32,000 bases of DNA. Source: an uncultured Phycisphaeraceae bacterium. Its GTDB lineage: Bacteria; Planctomycetota; Phycisphaerae; UBA1845. The position numbers and the translations under genes are program-made. This document shows, one piece after another, positions 9,279 to 17,223 of this stretch (positions are counted from its first letter, which is position 1; every line of letters begins with the position of its first letter). The notes under the pieces were generated by a model. That model searched no databases and was not told the origin of the DNA. It saw nothing but the letters and a program-made list of their open reading frames with translations. The stretch is taken from the NCBI GenBank assembly GCA_964574815.1, contig CAZNPL010000003.1:100861-132860 (forward strand), given 5' to 3'.

Positions 9279-10088
9279 ATGGCAGACGTGCTCAAGAAAG
9301 TCCAACGCGGCCAGCCGCTGGTCATTCCGGCGAGCACGTTCAACGCCTTCGTGGATGCTGCGCAGGATTTCCAGCGGCGGAAGCTGAGCCAGCAGAGCAC
9401 GGGCCAGTCCACCTCGCGCGACGCCGACGTGGCGATCGTCAAGAATACCAGCGGCGCGGACCGGGCCCGGTTTGAGATTCTGGGGATCAGCGCGCCGGTC
9501 TTCACTCCCACCGACAATCTCGACGAGTTCCGCAATCGGGTGGCGCTTTCCGGCGTGGTGCCCACGGCAGCCAACCACTGGGGCAAGTTCGTCGTCCTGG
9601 CCGAGCCGATTCGCAACGGCCTGCTCGGTCTGGGATGGCTGTCGGGCGTCTGCCCCGTGAAGATCGACATGGCCAACGCCAACCACTGGCACGCAGACGT
9701 TGCCGACAACTCCGCGGCCAATCTCAAAAGCGCCGGAGGCGGTGCGGCGCAGATTCTGTGGAAGGAGAGCGGCACCGGCGTGAAGTGGGCGGTGGTACGG
9801 CTGGGCCGCTGGTCGCCCACGGTGTTCCCGGTGAATCTGACGCAGACCGGGGGTTCGCAGGGCACGACCACGACGGCCGCCAGCTGGACGTACAGCGTCA
9901 TCGACCCCGTCACCAGCCAGACGCTGGCGACTGCCGTAAACCCCACCGTCTCGCCGCACAAATGGAAGCGGCCGTCGGCGGGCTGGATGATCGCGGCCAC
10001 CTTCGGCTACGCCCATTTCAACGCCCAGGCCCAGCTCGTGCTGGGTTGGATCAACGAGATGGTCGAGCAGGAAGCGTGCGCGAGTTGA
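9279..10088 (+). CDS. Hypothetical distal tail/baseplate protein (by position)
   Basis: 269-aa ORF starting 4 nt after the previous stop. Confidence 0.5.
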   Translation: MADVLKKVQRGQPLVIPASTFNAFVDAAQDFQRRKLSQQSTGQSTSRDADVAIVKNTSGADRARFEILGISAPVFTPTDNLDEFRNRVALSGVVPTAANHWGKFVVLAEPIRNGLLGLGWLSGVCPVKIDMANANHWHADVADNSAANLKSAGGGAAQILWKESGTGVKWAVVRLGRWSPTVFPVNLTQTGGSQGTTTTAASWTYSVIDPVTSQTLATAVNPTVSPHKWKRPSAGWMIAATFGYAHFNAQAQLVLGWINEMVEQEACAS

Positions 10089-10100
10089 TGGAGCGACATC

Positions 10101-10532
10101 ATGCCCACGGCGGGAAAGGCAAGACTCTTCAAGGTTGGGAAGCGAAGCCTTCGGACCACCGGCAAGGCGCAGCTCTTTACCACCAGCGGCCGATGCTCGG
10201 AATGTTGCACGCCGTACGTGCTGGCCTCGTTCACCACCAACAGCAGCAACCCGACGTGGAACCTGACTCCCTACCAGGGCCCGGGCAAGGCCACGCCGTG
10301 CGCATTCTGGCGGTTGATCGAAACGGGTTCGTGCTATCCCTACTCGTACCCGTGGTACGGAGCCGGCTGCGTGGACAGCACGGGCCGCCTCGTCGGCCTG
10401 CCGAGTTCGTTCACCAGTCAGTACTCGTACAACGGCTACATGCAGCTCCAGATCGGTTGCCGCTCCGCCTCCGGCACGCAGATCAACTGGCCGGGATCAT
10501 GTCAATCCACGTCAAGCGTGTATTCCTGCTGA
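10101..10532 (+). CDS. Small Cys- and aromatic-rich hypothetical tail-tip protein
   Basis: 143 aa; GGAG lies 7 nt upstream of the ATG. It carries 10 Cys and many Tyr/Trp/Ser residues, and an N-terminal near-repeat (TAGKARLF / TTGKAQLF). Confidence 0.45.
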   Translation: MPTAGKARLFKVGKRSLRTTGKAQLFTTSGRCSECCTPYVLASFTTNSSNPTWNLTPYQGPGKATPCAFWRLIETGSCYPYSYPWYGAGCVDSTGRLVGLPSSFTSQYSYNGYMQLQIGCRSASGTQINWPGSCQSTSSVYSC

Positions 10533-10548
10533 GGAGAGGTAGATAACA

Positions 10549-11745
10549 ATGTTCGACACGATCCACGAACCCGACGTGATGACGCACATGCCATTCCTGA
10601 CCCGCCTGCCTGCGCCCGGGGACGGGCAGGCAGGCGACGGTCAGGGCAAGCGGGTGTTGTTCTACTGCCGATCCGGCCCGGAGGACTTCGACGCGCCCAC
10701 GCAGTCACGGCGATGGAAGCTGTGGGTCGTGGTCGAGGCCGATCAACCCCGACGACTCGAAACCGGCCTCAGCAACGACCTTGCCGAGTGCGCGCCGACC
10801 GCCTGGCACGATGCCACCGGCTGGCACGTGACCTTCATCGCCGGCGGCGCTCCGGACAACCGGCTGTACCACCTCTACCGCATGGATGGCCCGGACCTCG
10901 ACCGGCTGAGCCAGCCCGTGGCCATCCAGGCCACCCGCGCAGGCTTCGTGCTCGGCGACCGTCTCGTGTACGCCGACCCAGAAAACCTGATCTACGTCCG
11001 CCAGCCGTCGGGCGATTTCGACATCGAACTACCAGGCGCGTTCATCTACCGCGTGTCCTACCGCGCCGACGCGGCCGACAAGCTCCTGATCAGCGGCCAA
11101 TGGCAAACCGAGAGCGATGTCTTCGCCATCGAGTACGACCTGATCACCGGCGAGCAGCACCTGCTCGAATCCGACGGCCTGCCGGCCTACAAGTGCACCA
11201 TCCTCGACGACCAGGTCCTCTACGCCCAACGCATCGGCGTCGGCGAACACTTCGAAAACCGTCGGATCACCGCCTCTACCGCGCTGTCCCGCCGCCCCGT
11301 CAACACCATCGTCCGCCGCCAACCCGGCCAGGTCCAACCGATCGTCACGCAACCGACTGGCGACTGCGGCTGCCGTGGCCTCTCGGCAGCGACCGGCGCT
11401 CCTGCCGCACCGACAAGCATGCCCGCGCCGGATTCGCCCGATCCCAGCAGCGCCTCTTCCGAAGCGAGCCCCGAGCCTGTCCCCGTCACCCGCGCATCCT
11501 GCGCGCAATGTATCGAAAAGCACCTCGGGGCCGCCTACGTCCTGCTCACCGAAACGCGAGAAGGCTACGCCCACCGCCTGCGCGCCATCGGCCACCTGCA
11601 CGAAGCCGAGGACGAATCGCAGGAATTCGGTAACCTCCACACCGCCATCCGCGCCGCCCGCAAGGCCTTCCAAACCGACGGCACGATGCCCGACTGGGAA
11701 GCCCTCGCCCAAGCCACAGAAGTGGCTCGTCAGTCCGTACATTGA
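10549..11745 (+). CDS. Two-domain hypothetical protein (beta-rich N-domain, Pro/Ser/Ala linker, helical CxxC C-domain); last gene of the phage module
   Basis: 398 aa with GAGGAGAGG upstream. The C-terminal segment CAQCIEKHLGAAYVLLTETREGYAHRLRAIGHLHEAEDE looks like a module I recall seeing in small phage proteins of unknown function. Confidence 0.5.
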   Translation: MFDTIHEPDVMTHMPFLTRLPAPGDGQAGDGQGKRVLFYCRSGPEDFDAPTQSRRWKLWVVVEADQPRRLETGLSNDLAECAPTAWHDATGWHVTFIAGGAPDNRLYHLYRMDGPDLDRLSQPVAIQATRAGFVLGDRLVYADPENLIYVRQPSGDFDIELPGAFIYRVSYRADAADKLLISGQWQTESDVFAIEYDLITGEQHLLESDGLPAYKCTILDDQVLYAQRIGVGEHFENRRITASTALSRRPVNTIVRRQPGQVQPIVTQPTGDCGCRGLSAATGAPAAPTSMPAPDSPDPSSASSEASPEPVPVTRASCAQCIEKHLGAAYVLLTETREGYAHRLRAIGHLHEAEDESQEFGNLHTAIRAARKAFQTDGTMPDWEALAQATEVARQSVH

Positions 11746-11758
11746 CTCCGCGGCGTCG

Positions 11759-12199
11759 TCACTTCGCGCTCCCGGTTTCCAGGAACGCAGCAACGACGTC
11801 GCGTATTCTGTCACGGATTTGTCGGAACACGGCAAGTCTCTGTTCGTCCGATCCTTCAGTCATCGCCGGATCGGTGAACGGCCAGTGGAGCAGCCGCCTG
11901 GCTCCGGGGAAAACTGGGCAGGACTCCTTGGCGCTCTCGCACACCGTGACCACCAGGTCGAACGGACGGTTGCCAACCTCATCGATTCCGTTGCTTTGAT
12001 GCGCCGAGATGTCGATGCTGATTTCGTTCATCACCTTTATGGCCATGGGGTGGACGTAACCGGCCGGCCTTGAACCGGCCGAAAGCACTTCCCAATCGCC
12101 GCCACCGAGGGCCCGCCACAGTCCCTCTGCCATCTGCGACCGACAAGAGTTCCCCGTACAGAGGATCAATGCGCGCTGTCTATCTGATTCGCTGCCCAT
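11759..12199 (-). CDS. arsC: Arsenate reductase, LMW-PTPase (thioredoxin-coupled) type
   Basis: Contains LILCTGNSCRSQMAEG (the CX5R P-loop) and a downstream ...VTVCESAKESCPVFPG... Cys pair. The ORF track starts at TTG 12229; ATG 12199 (MGSESDRQRALILC...) is preferred. Confidence 0.85.
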   Translation of the reverse strand: MGSESDRQRALILCTGNSCRSQMAEGLWRALGGGDWEVLSAGSRPAGYVHPMAIKVMNEISIDISAHQSNGIDEVGNRPFDLVVTVCESAKESCPVFPGARRLLHWPFTDPAMTEGSDEQRLAVFRQIRDRIRDVVAAFLETGSAK

Positions 12200-12248
12200 T
12201 CGTGCGGCCCCAATACGACCACTTTGCAACTATGGTGCGACGCCCCGG

Positions 12249-12503
12249 TCACAAATGAGCAACGGCTGATTCCAGTGCCAGCCTGGCCATTCCCAACTTG
12301 AGGCAGTCCTCGAATTCCGGGCACCGAACGCAATCGTCCTACGCCTTCGCATCGAGACCGGTGCGCCGCGCTCCACGATACATTCCGCCCGCGGTGCGGA
12401 GCTCATACCAGAATACCTTTCCGCGCACCGGCTGGTCGATCGCATGGTCCAGGATTTCGGGCATCATTGCTCCGTAACAGGCTGAATGTTCCTTATCAGC
12501 CAT
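12249..12503 (-). pseudogene. Small Cys-containing protein ORF interrupted by an in-frame TAG (54 codons, TAG, 29 codons)
   Basis: ATG 12503 has AAGGGA 5 nt upstream. Translation stops at TAG 12339-12341 but continues in the same frame as DDCVRCPEFEDCLKLGMARLALESAVAHL up to TGA 12249-12251. I verified this by hand translation. Confidence 0.45.
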
Positions 12504-12551
12504 GGGTTTCCCTTCACAAGATGCACTCATTCGGATGGCCCGCGCCAATCT

Positions 12552-13283
12552 TCATTGCGTCGCGCCCTGCGATATCGATTCTCTGCAAAACGCTCCGTTG
12601 CCTCCCGGAGTCACGACCCCCTCGTCTGACGGAATACGTCCCGCCTCGAGCTTCAGTGTTCGCTTCGCGCGGGCAGCCGCGCGGGGGTCATGGGTGACCA
12701 TCACGATCGTGCGGCCTTCGCGGTTCATGTCTCCGAGTAGATCGAGGATATGCCGACCCGTTTCCGGGTCGAGATTGCCCGTGGGCTCGTCGGCGAGGAT
12801 GATCTCCGGATCGTTGGCCAAAACTCGTGCAAGGGCCACGCGCTGCTGTTGACCGATGCTCAATTCCGATGGCTTGTGGTCAAGCCGGTCGCCGAGTCCG
12901 ACGCGCTCCAGAAGCTCCGCTGCACGTTCCTTCTGCTCCGCCGAATCCAAGCCTGCTAGGAACAGCGGGATCTGCACGTTCTCCAGCGCCGTCAGGTATG
13001 GCACCAAATTGAACGTCTGGAACACAAACCCGATCTTCTGCCGACGGAGACCAGCGCGCTGGTTCGGCGCCAGGTCATAGAGCGAGTGCCCATTGAGGAA
13101 AACCTTGCCTGCCGAAGGGGTGAGCATTCCGCCCAGAACCAGGAGCAGGGTGCTTTTCCCGCTGCCGCTGGGCCCGGTGACCGAGACGAAATCGCCGGTC
13201 TCGATCTCCAGCGATGCATTATCCAGGGCGGCGATGGTTCGCCCCCGGTGCGAGTAACTCTTGCTGACGGATTCAAGTCGCAT
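12552..13283 (-). CDS. ABC transporter ATP-binding protein (MacB/LolD/FtsE-like)
   Basis: Walker A is GPSGSGKST, the signature is LSIGQQQRVALARVL and Walker B is ILADEPTGNLD. FVFQTFNLVPYLTALENV is typical of the MacB/LolD subgroup. Confidence 0.9.
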   Translation of the reverse strand: MRLESVSKSYSHRGRTIAALDNASLEIETGDFVSVTGPSGSGKSTLLLVLGGMLTPSAGKVFLNGHSLYDLAPNQRAGLRRQKIGFVFQTFNLVPYLTALENVQIPLFLAGLDSAEQKERAAELLERVGLGDRLDHKPSELSIGQQQRVALARVLANDPEIILADEPTGNLDPETGRHILDLLGDMNREGRTIVMVTHDPRAAARAKRTLKLEAGRIPSDEGVVTPGGNGAFCRESISQGATQ

Positions 13284-13289
13284 CGTGCT

Positions 13290-14513
13290 TCAAACCTCCT
13301 GTAAGGTGGCACAAGGGTCCAGCCGCGCGGCCCGCCGCGCCGGGAAATAGCTTGCCGCCAGCGCAATCACCACCGAGATACCCAGCGCCCAGACGAAGAG
13401 AACTGGCATGGGCAACACGGGGACACCCGCCAAGCGCGGGCCGAGGCCAACCGCGAGCACCGTGCCCAACAGGTAGCCGCAAATACCGCCGGCGAGGCCC
13501 AGGAGAAGGGCTTTCAGAAGGAACATATTCAGGATCAAGGATGTTCCGGCTCCGAGGGCCATTAGCGTCCCGATCTCCCGCCGCCGCTCGAAAACATTCG
13601 CGTACATGTAGTTGGCGATGCTCGCCCCGCCCACCAGCACGATGATGCCGACGAAGACCAGCGACAACCGGGCCATCATGCGGTTGGTGGTCACCTGCGT
13701 ATCGACGACCTGCGTCACCGTAACGACCTTGGCCTCGGGCAACAGTTTGTTGACCTTCTGCACCAGCCCGCCGGCGATTGCCTTGCAGCAGCCGACAATT
13801 TCGATCGCATTGATCACCGGACCCTTGCCCGCTAGCTCCTGAACCGTGTGCAGGTGCGCGAAGATACGCGAATCATCAACCGTGCCGGTCTCGGGCAGGA
13901 CGGCTGTAATCTCGAACGTTCGGCCGAGCACATCCAGCGCGTCTCCCTCTTTCACGCCGACAATCGACGCGACATCGGCGCCGATGAGCACTTCTTTGTC
14001 ACTCAAATCATCGACGACTCGCTGCCGAACGAGCGTTTCTTTGGCTTCGGGGTGCGTCGCGCCCGGAAGATCGGGTATGGTCCCGCAGCCTTCCGCCGGG
14101 TGGGCAAAAATACCCGCACCGGCCCACATGGCCTTGGCCTGGAACTCGCTCTTGGGGAGGATGCCGGTTAGCGTGAACGAGCGATCGCGCAGCATCACGG
14201 GCACCGACAGCTTGGGCGAGAGGTTGTCCAGCCCCTCCAGGTCGGACATCGCCAGGCGCAGAACGTATTCCTCGGGGAATTCGTCGCTTTGCATGTCGGC
14301 GCTGTAATAGTCCTGAATCGTGACCGACTTGGGAAGGACCAGCACATTGGCGCCGAGTCCGTCTAGCTGCCGGGCAACCGCCTTCTCGGAATAAAACGTA
14401 ATGTTCTTGATGGATACGACAACGGTGATGCCGAGCAGTATGGCCAGAAAGCTTGTAGCCAATTGGTTCTTGCGCTCGAACATCTCCCGCCATACGAGTT
14501 TTCGCAGGTGCAT
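13290..14513 (-). CDS. FtsX/MacB-type ABC permease with a large extracytoplasmic domain
   Basis: 407 aa. One N-terminal TM is followed by a ~245-aa loop and three C-terminal TMs (FERRREIGTLMALGAG... is the FtsX-domain signature). The loop carries C143 (EGCG) and C242-C243 (IVGCCK). Confidence 0.85.
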   Translation of the reverse strand: MHLRKLVWREMFERKNQLATSFLAILLGITVVVSIKNITFYSEKAVARQLDGLGANVLVLPKSVTIQDYYSADMQSDEFPEEYVLRLAMSDLEGLDNLSPKLSVPVMLRDRSFTLTGILPKSEFQAKAMWAGAGIFAHPAEGCGTIPDLPGATHPEAKETLVRQRVVDDLSDKEVLIGADVASIVGVKEGDALDVLGRTFEITAVLPETGTVDDSRIFAHLHTVQELAGKGPVINAIEIVGCCKAIAGGLVQKVNKLLPEAKVVTVTQVVDTQVTTNRMMARLSLVFVGIIVLVGGASIANYMYANVFERRREIGTLMALGAGTSLILNMFLLKALLLGLAGGICGYLLGTVLAVGLGPRLAGVPVLPMPVLFVWALGISVVIALAASYFPARRAARLDPCATLQEV

Positions 14514-14529
14514 ACGGGTCCCTTTCAGT

Positions 14530-15435
14530 TTACGGCTTCTTTACCGCGACGCCTGATGGGGTCTGAGGTTGCGAATTCGCCGGCTTGTTGCCCCCGCACG
14601 TGCTCGTGCCGCCGCCGCAGCAGCCGCCGCCCTTGGGTGGCGTTGCCGCCGCCACGATTGTGTTCTTGTCGGTCGCTCCTACGAACGTGCCCATGACCTT
14701 TCCAGGCGGCGCCAGCAAAACCGTGACCGCCTCCGGGTGGCTCTCACCGAGCCCAAACATCGTCAGGAAATCCACCTCATTCGCATCACTCGGATCAACC
14801 GTGACGACTTCGACGGATCGGGCGTACCGCGGATCCGCCACAAACTCACGTACCCCCTGCAACGCCTGGTCATTGAACTCAGTTTCTGCGTTTTGAACAC
14901 ATAATAGGACATACTTGCGATCCTGAAGCGCTTTCAGGCTCTTTTCGGCGCCCGGGCTGACGAACGCGGCGCGGAGTTGCTGCTCATCGAAGTTCGTGGT
15001 GAAACTCCGAGTGACGGCGCCGCTGGGTCCCATGGCAAGCACAAGCGGCATCGGCGCACGAGACAATCCGTATTTCGCCACCAGCGTCCGCTCCCGGACG
15101 TCCGTGACGTTCACGTCTGCGGAGTCCGCTCGATCTTCTAGGGCTTTCATCCCTGCGTCGAACGCCATGTGTGCAGCCCGTGTGGGCTCGTCATCGGCTC
15201 GATAGAAGAACAGGAAAGTGTACTTGCCGGCCATTGCCGCCCGGTCCATGATTGAGGCGGCGGATTCACTCATGCTATCGCCCGCGTTGCCCGCACCCGG
15301 AATGACGCTGTTCTCGACGGGCGCACCGTCGTTGATTGCGCTGGCGGGTGAATCACTCTGACCCAACGCAATGTTCCCGGAGAAAAGCACCGAAACCATT
15401 GCTACCATCGCTTCTGGGACCCACTTACGAGTCAT
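14530..15435 (-). CDS. Secreted protein with two thioredoxin-fold-like repeats (no CxxC) and a C-terminal CC-x6-C tail
   Basis: ATG 15435 has GGAG upstream and gives MTRKWVPEAMVAMVSVLFSGNIALG/QSD, a signal-peptide-like start. There are two similar units (KYTFLFFYRADDE...PLVLAMGPSGAVT and KYVLLCVQNAETE...VTVLLAPPGKVMGTF). The tail reads GGGCCGGGTSTCGGNK. Confidence 0.6.
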   Translation of the reverse strand: MTRKWVPEAMVAMVSVLFSGNIALGQSDSPASAINDGAPVENSVIPGAGNAGDSMSESAASIMDRAAMAGKYTFLFFYRADDEPTRAAHMAFDAGMKALEDRADSADVNVTDVRERTLVAKYGLSRAPMPLVLAMGPSGAVTRSFTTNFDEQQLRAAFVSPGAEKSLKALQDRKYVLLCVQNAETEFNDQALQGVREFVADPRYARSVEVVTVDPSDANEVDFLTMFGLGESHPEAVTVLLAPPGKVMGTFVGATDKNTIVAAATPPKGGGCCGGGTSTCGGNKPANSQPQTPSGVAVKKP

Positions 15436-15549
15436 CACTGGTTCTCCATGCCACGTACATTCCGCGTTCTTCCTCCAGTCGCTGCGCACCCGTCGTGGCG
15501 TAAGCCGCGCCGACCGGAACATCTTCTCGAATACCGCGCCCCGCGCGGA

Positions 15550-16053
15550 TCACATCCGTTTGTCGTGTGCTGGTTGCCCCTCAATTTCGCGGCGTGTTTT
15601 CCCTTGCGAAGTCGCCCGCGCGAAACCGCGCCCCTTCCCGGTCCGCGTCGCCGTTCCGTTTCGCCCCGCCTTGGCAGCCGGTGACTTTCGATGCCCATTG
15701 CCCGAAACACACTCGCCGCAGCGCCGGTTGCGCCCTTGGAGCGTTTGAAGAGCTTTCAGATCCGCAGCCGTCTGCGGAAAATCCGCCACCGTTTCCGCCA
15801 GCCATTCCACAACGCGCCGGTGCGTGGGCCCGTTCGGCTTCGCCAGGGAGTAGTACATCCACACGCCGTTGCGGCGGTCTTCGACGAGTCCGACGTTTCG
15901 CAAGTGCGCCAGGTGCCGCGAGGCTTTGGACTGCCCGATGTCGAGCACCGTGGTGAGATCGCACACGCACAACTCCCCCCGCGCAAGCAGGTTCAAGATG
16001 CGGAGGCGGGTCTCGTCAGCCAGCGAGCCAAAGAGTCGGGCAATGTTCTGCAT
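15550..16053 (-). CDS. arsR: ArsR/SmtB-family metalloregulator with CVC motif (ArsR1), long basic C-terminal extension
   Basis: The sequence LADETRLRILNLLARGELCVCDLTTVLDIGQSKASRHLAHLRNVGLVEDRRNGVWMYY shows the wHTH fold with an ELCVCDL metalloid-site motif. GGAG lies 7 nt upstream of the ATG. Confidence 0.85.
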   Translation of the reverse strand: MQNIARLFGSLADETRLRILNLLARGELCVCDLTTVLDIGQSKASRHLAHLRNVGLVEDRRNGVWMYYSLAKPNGPTHRRVVEWLAETVADFPQTAADLKALQTLQGRNRRCGECVSGNGHRKSPAAKAGRNGTATRTGKGRGFARATSQGKTRREIEGQPAHDKRM

Positions 16054-16074
16054 GAATAAACTCCGGTACCGTTT

Positions 16075-16128
16075 ATGCGTATATACGCATTAACAAATAT
16101 AATAGCGGCACAACCCTGCCCCTGTCAA
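16075..16128 (-). promoter_or_regulatory. arsR1 promoter (TTGACA-18 nt-TATTAT) with a 16-bp perfect palindrome operator just downstream
   Basis: On the - strand, TTGACA is at 16128-16123 and TATTAT at 16104-16099. The perfect palindrome ATGCGTATATACGCAT is at 16075-16090, 22-37 nt upstream of the arsR1 ATG, in an AT-rich patch. Confidence 0.55.
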
Positions 16129-16325
16129 CCCTGATTTCAGCACTCAGCGTAACGCTGCGGTAACGCCTCTCGCGGCCCCCATGCTGGGCGAAACGCCCCG
16201 GCGTACCGCCCTAATTAACCGTCGTAGCCCGCCGGTATTCTCGGATGGGTGTTGCCACGTCCCTCTCAGACACCTCTTCAAACCATCCGCAGTTTCGTTT
16301 GCAAAACGGCCACGCGGGCTGGGCA

Positions 16326-17198
16326 TCACGAACATTTCGGCGGGACCAGCAAAGTGGGCACGATCGTGCGGCGGGCGACATGGAGAGCGACGCTGCCCAT
16401 GAACAACTCGCCAAAATAGCCGCGGCCTTGGGTGCCCATGACAATCAGCGAGTAATCGCCCTGCTCGGCGCGTTGGACGATCTGCTGCTTCGGCAGGCCG
16501 TACGGCAGCTCAATGCTCACCGCCGCTGCGCCCAGTTTCTTCAGACGATCCTCCATGCGTTCCAGCCGTTCGCGGTCGATACGGTTGAACCCATCGAGTT
16601 TGTCCTTGAGGTCGCCGTAGATGCGGCTCTTGTCCTGAACATGCAGGAGCGTTACGCGCCGACCGCCGCTGCGAACGATATCTTCGACGTAGAGGAATGC
16701 GTGTTCGGCGGTATCGGAAAAGTCGGTAGGAAACAACATGTGATCGTGGAAGTCGGTGCAGATCATTTCGCAGCGGTGCTCGGCCTCTTCGGCGATCCGA
16801 AGTTGCGCGATAAACACAGGCACCTCTGCATGATGGGCCACTTCCTGGGCCACGCTGCCCAGCAGCACCTCGCGGGCCAATGTCGCGCCGTGCGAACCGA
16901 TGACAATCATGGAGGCCTGTTTCTCTTTGGCCACTCGCTGAATCTCCCAGGACGGAATGCCCGGGGCGATGACGATTTCGACGGAGAATCCTTGATTCTC
17001 GAGCGTCTGTTTCTGTTGGCAGAGCTTGGGTTCGACCGACGGCGCGAGTAGGTGCTTCATCTCTTCAAGGTGGCGGATACCCAAGGCATGGGTGAGGATG
17101 ACCCGCTCTGTTCCCATCGGTTTCAGACCGTGCAGACAACTGATGATTCGATCGGACGCGGGGGACAGGTCGGAGGCGACGATGGCGGTTTTGAACAT
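16326..17198 (-). CDS. Universal stress protein, tandem UspA domains
   Basis: 290 aa with two Usp units. Both carry ATP-binding-type motifs (VIGSHGATLAREVLLGSVAQEV and VMGTQGRGYFGELFMGSVALHV). AAGGAGAA lies upstream of the ATG. Confidence 0.85.
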   Translation of the reverse strand: MFKTAIVASDLSPASDRIISCLHGLKPMGTERVILTHALGIRHLEEMKHLLAPSVEPKLCQQKQTLENQGFSVEIVIAPGIPSWEIQRVAKEKQASMIVIGSHGATLAREVLLGSVAQEVAHHAEVPVFIAQLRIAEEAEHRCEMICTDFHDHMLFPTDFSDTAEHAFLYVEDIVRSGGRRVTLLHVQDKSRIYGDLKDKLDGFNRIDRERLERMEDRLKKLGAAAVSIELPYGLPKQQIVQRAEQGDYSLIVMGTQGRGYFGELFMGSVALHVARRTIVPTLLVPPKCS

Positions 17199-17223
17199 GG
17201 CGATTCTCCTTGTCTAAGCGGCA

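Larger units (their letters stand above)
1..11745 (+). mobile_element. Partial tailed-phage (siphovirus-like) structural module: head, neck, tail, tape measure and distal tail genes. The upstream part (terminase/portal) lies outside the window.
   Basis: 15-16 co-directional, tightly packed + strand ORFs with overlapping junctions (TAATG at 4411-4415, ATGA at 4835-4838). Recognisable protease/capsid, DUF2190, gp10-like, major tail, chaperone and tape measure products occur in the canonical order. Confidence 0.8.

Noticed and set aside
5664-10016. Very long - strand ORFs (448, 467 and 696 aa) antisense to the chaperone, tape measure and distal tail genes
   Set aside because: They are Arg/Gly/Pro/Ala-rich low-complexity translations typical of shadow ORFs in GC-rich DNA. 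The + strand partners have recognisable phage protein features, SD sequences and coupled starts.
12339-12341. Idea that TAG is reassigned as a sense codon in this organism
   Set aside because: TAG is a normal terminator for several well-supported genes here (3207-3209, 5273-5275, 9273-9275 and 22822-22824).
15436-15522. Upstream extension of the secreted Cys-tail protein (MFRSARLTPRRV...)
   Set aside because: The internal ATG 15435 has an SD and yields a typical signal peptide, whereas the extension would bury it.
16250-16325. Terminator downstream of the Usp gene
   Set aside because: Only a weak AT-rich 5-bp stem (cgttt/aaacg) without a U-tract was found, which is not convincing.
16245-17051. 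268-aa + strand ORF opposite the tandem Usp gene
   Set aside because: It is a shadow ORF with no SD. The Usp reading frame has clear family motifs.
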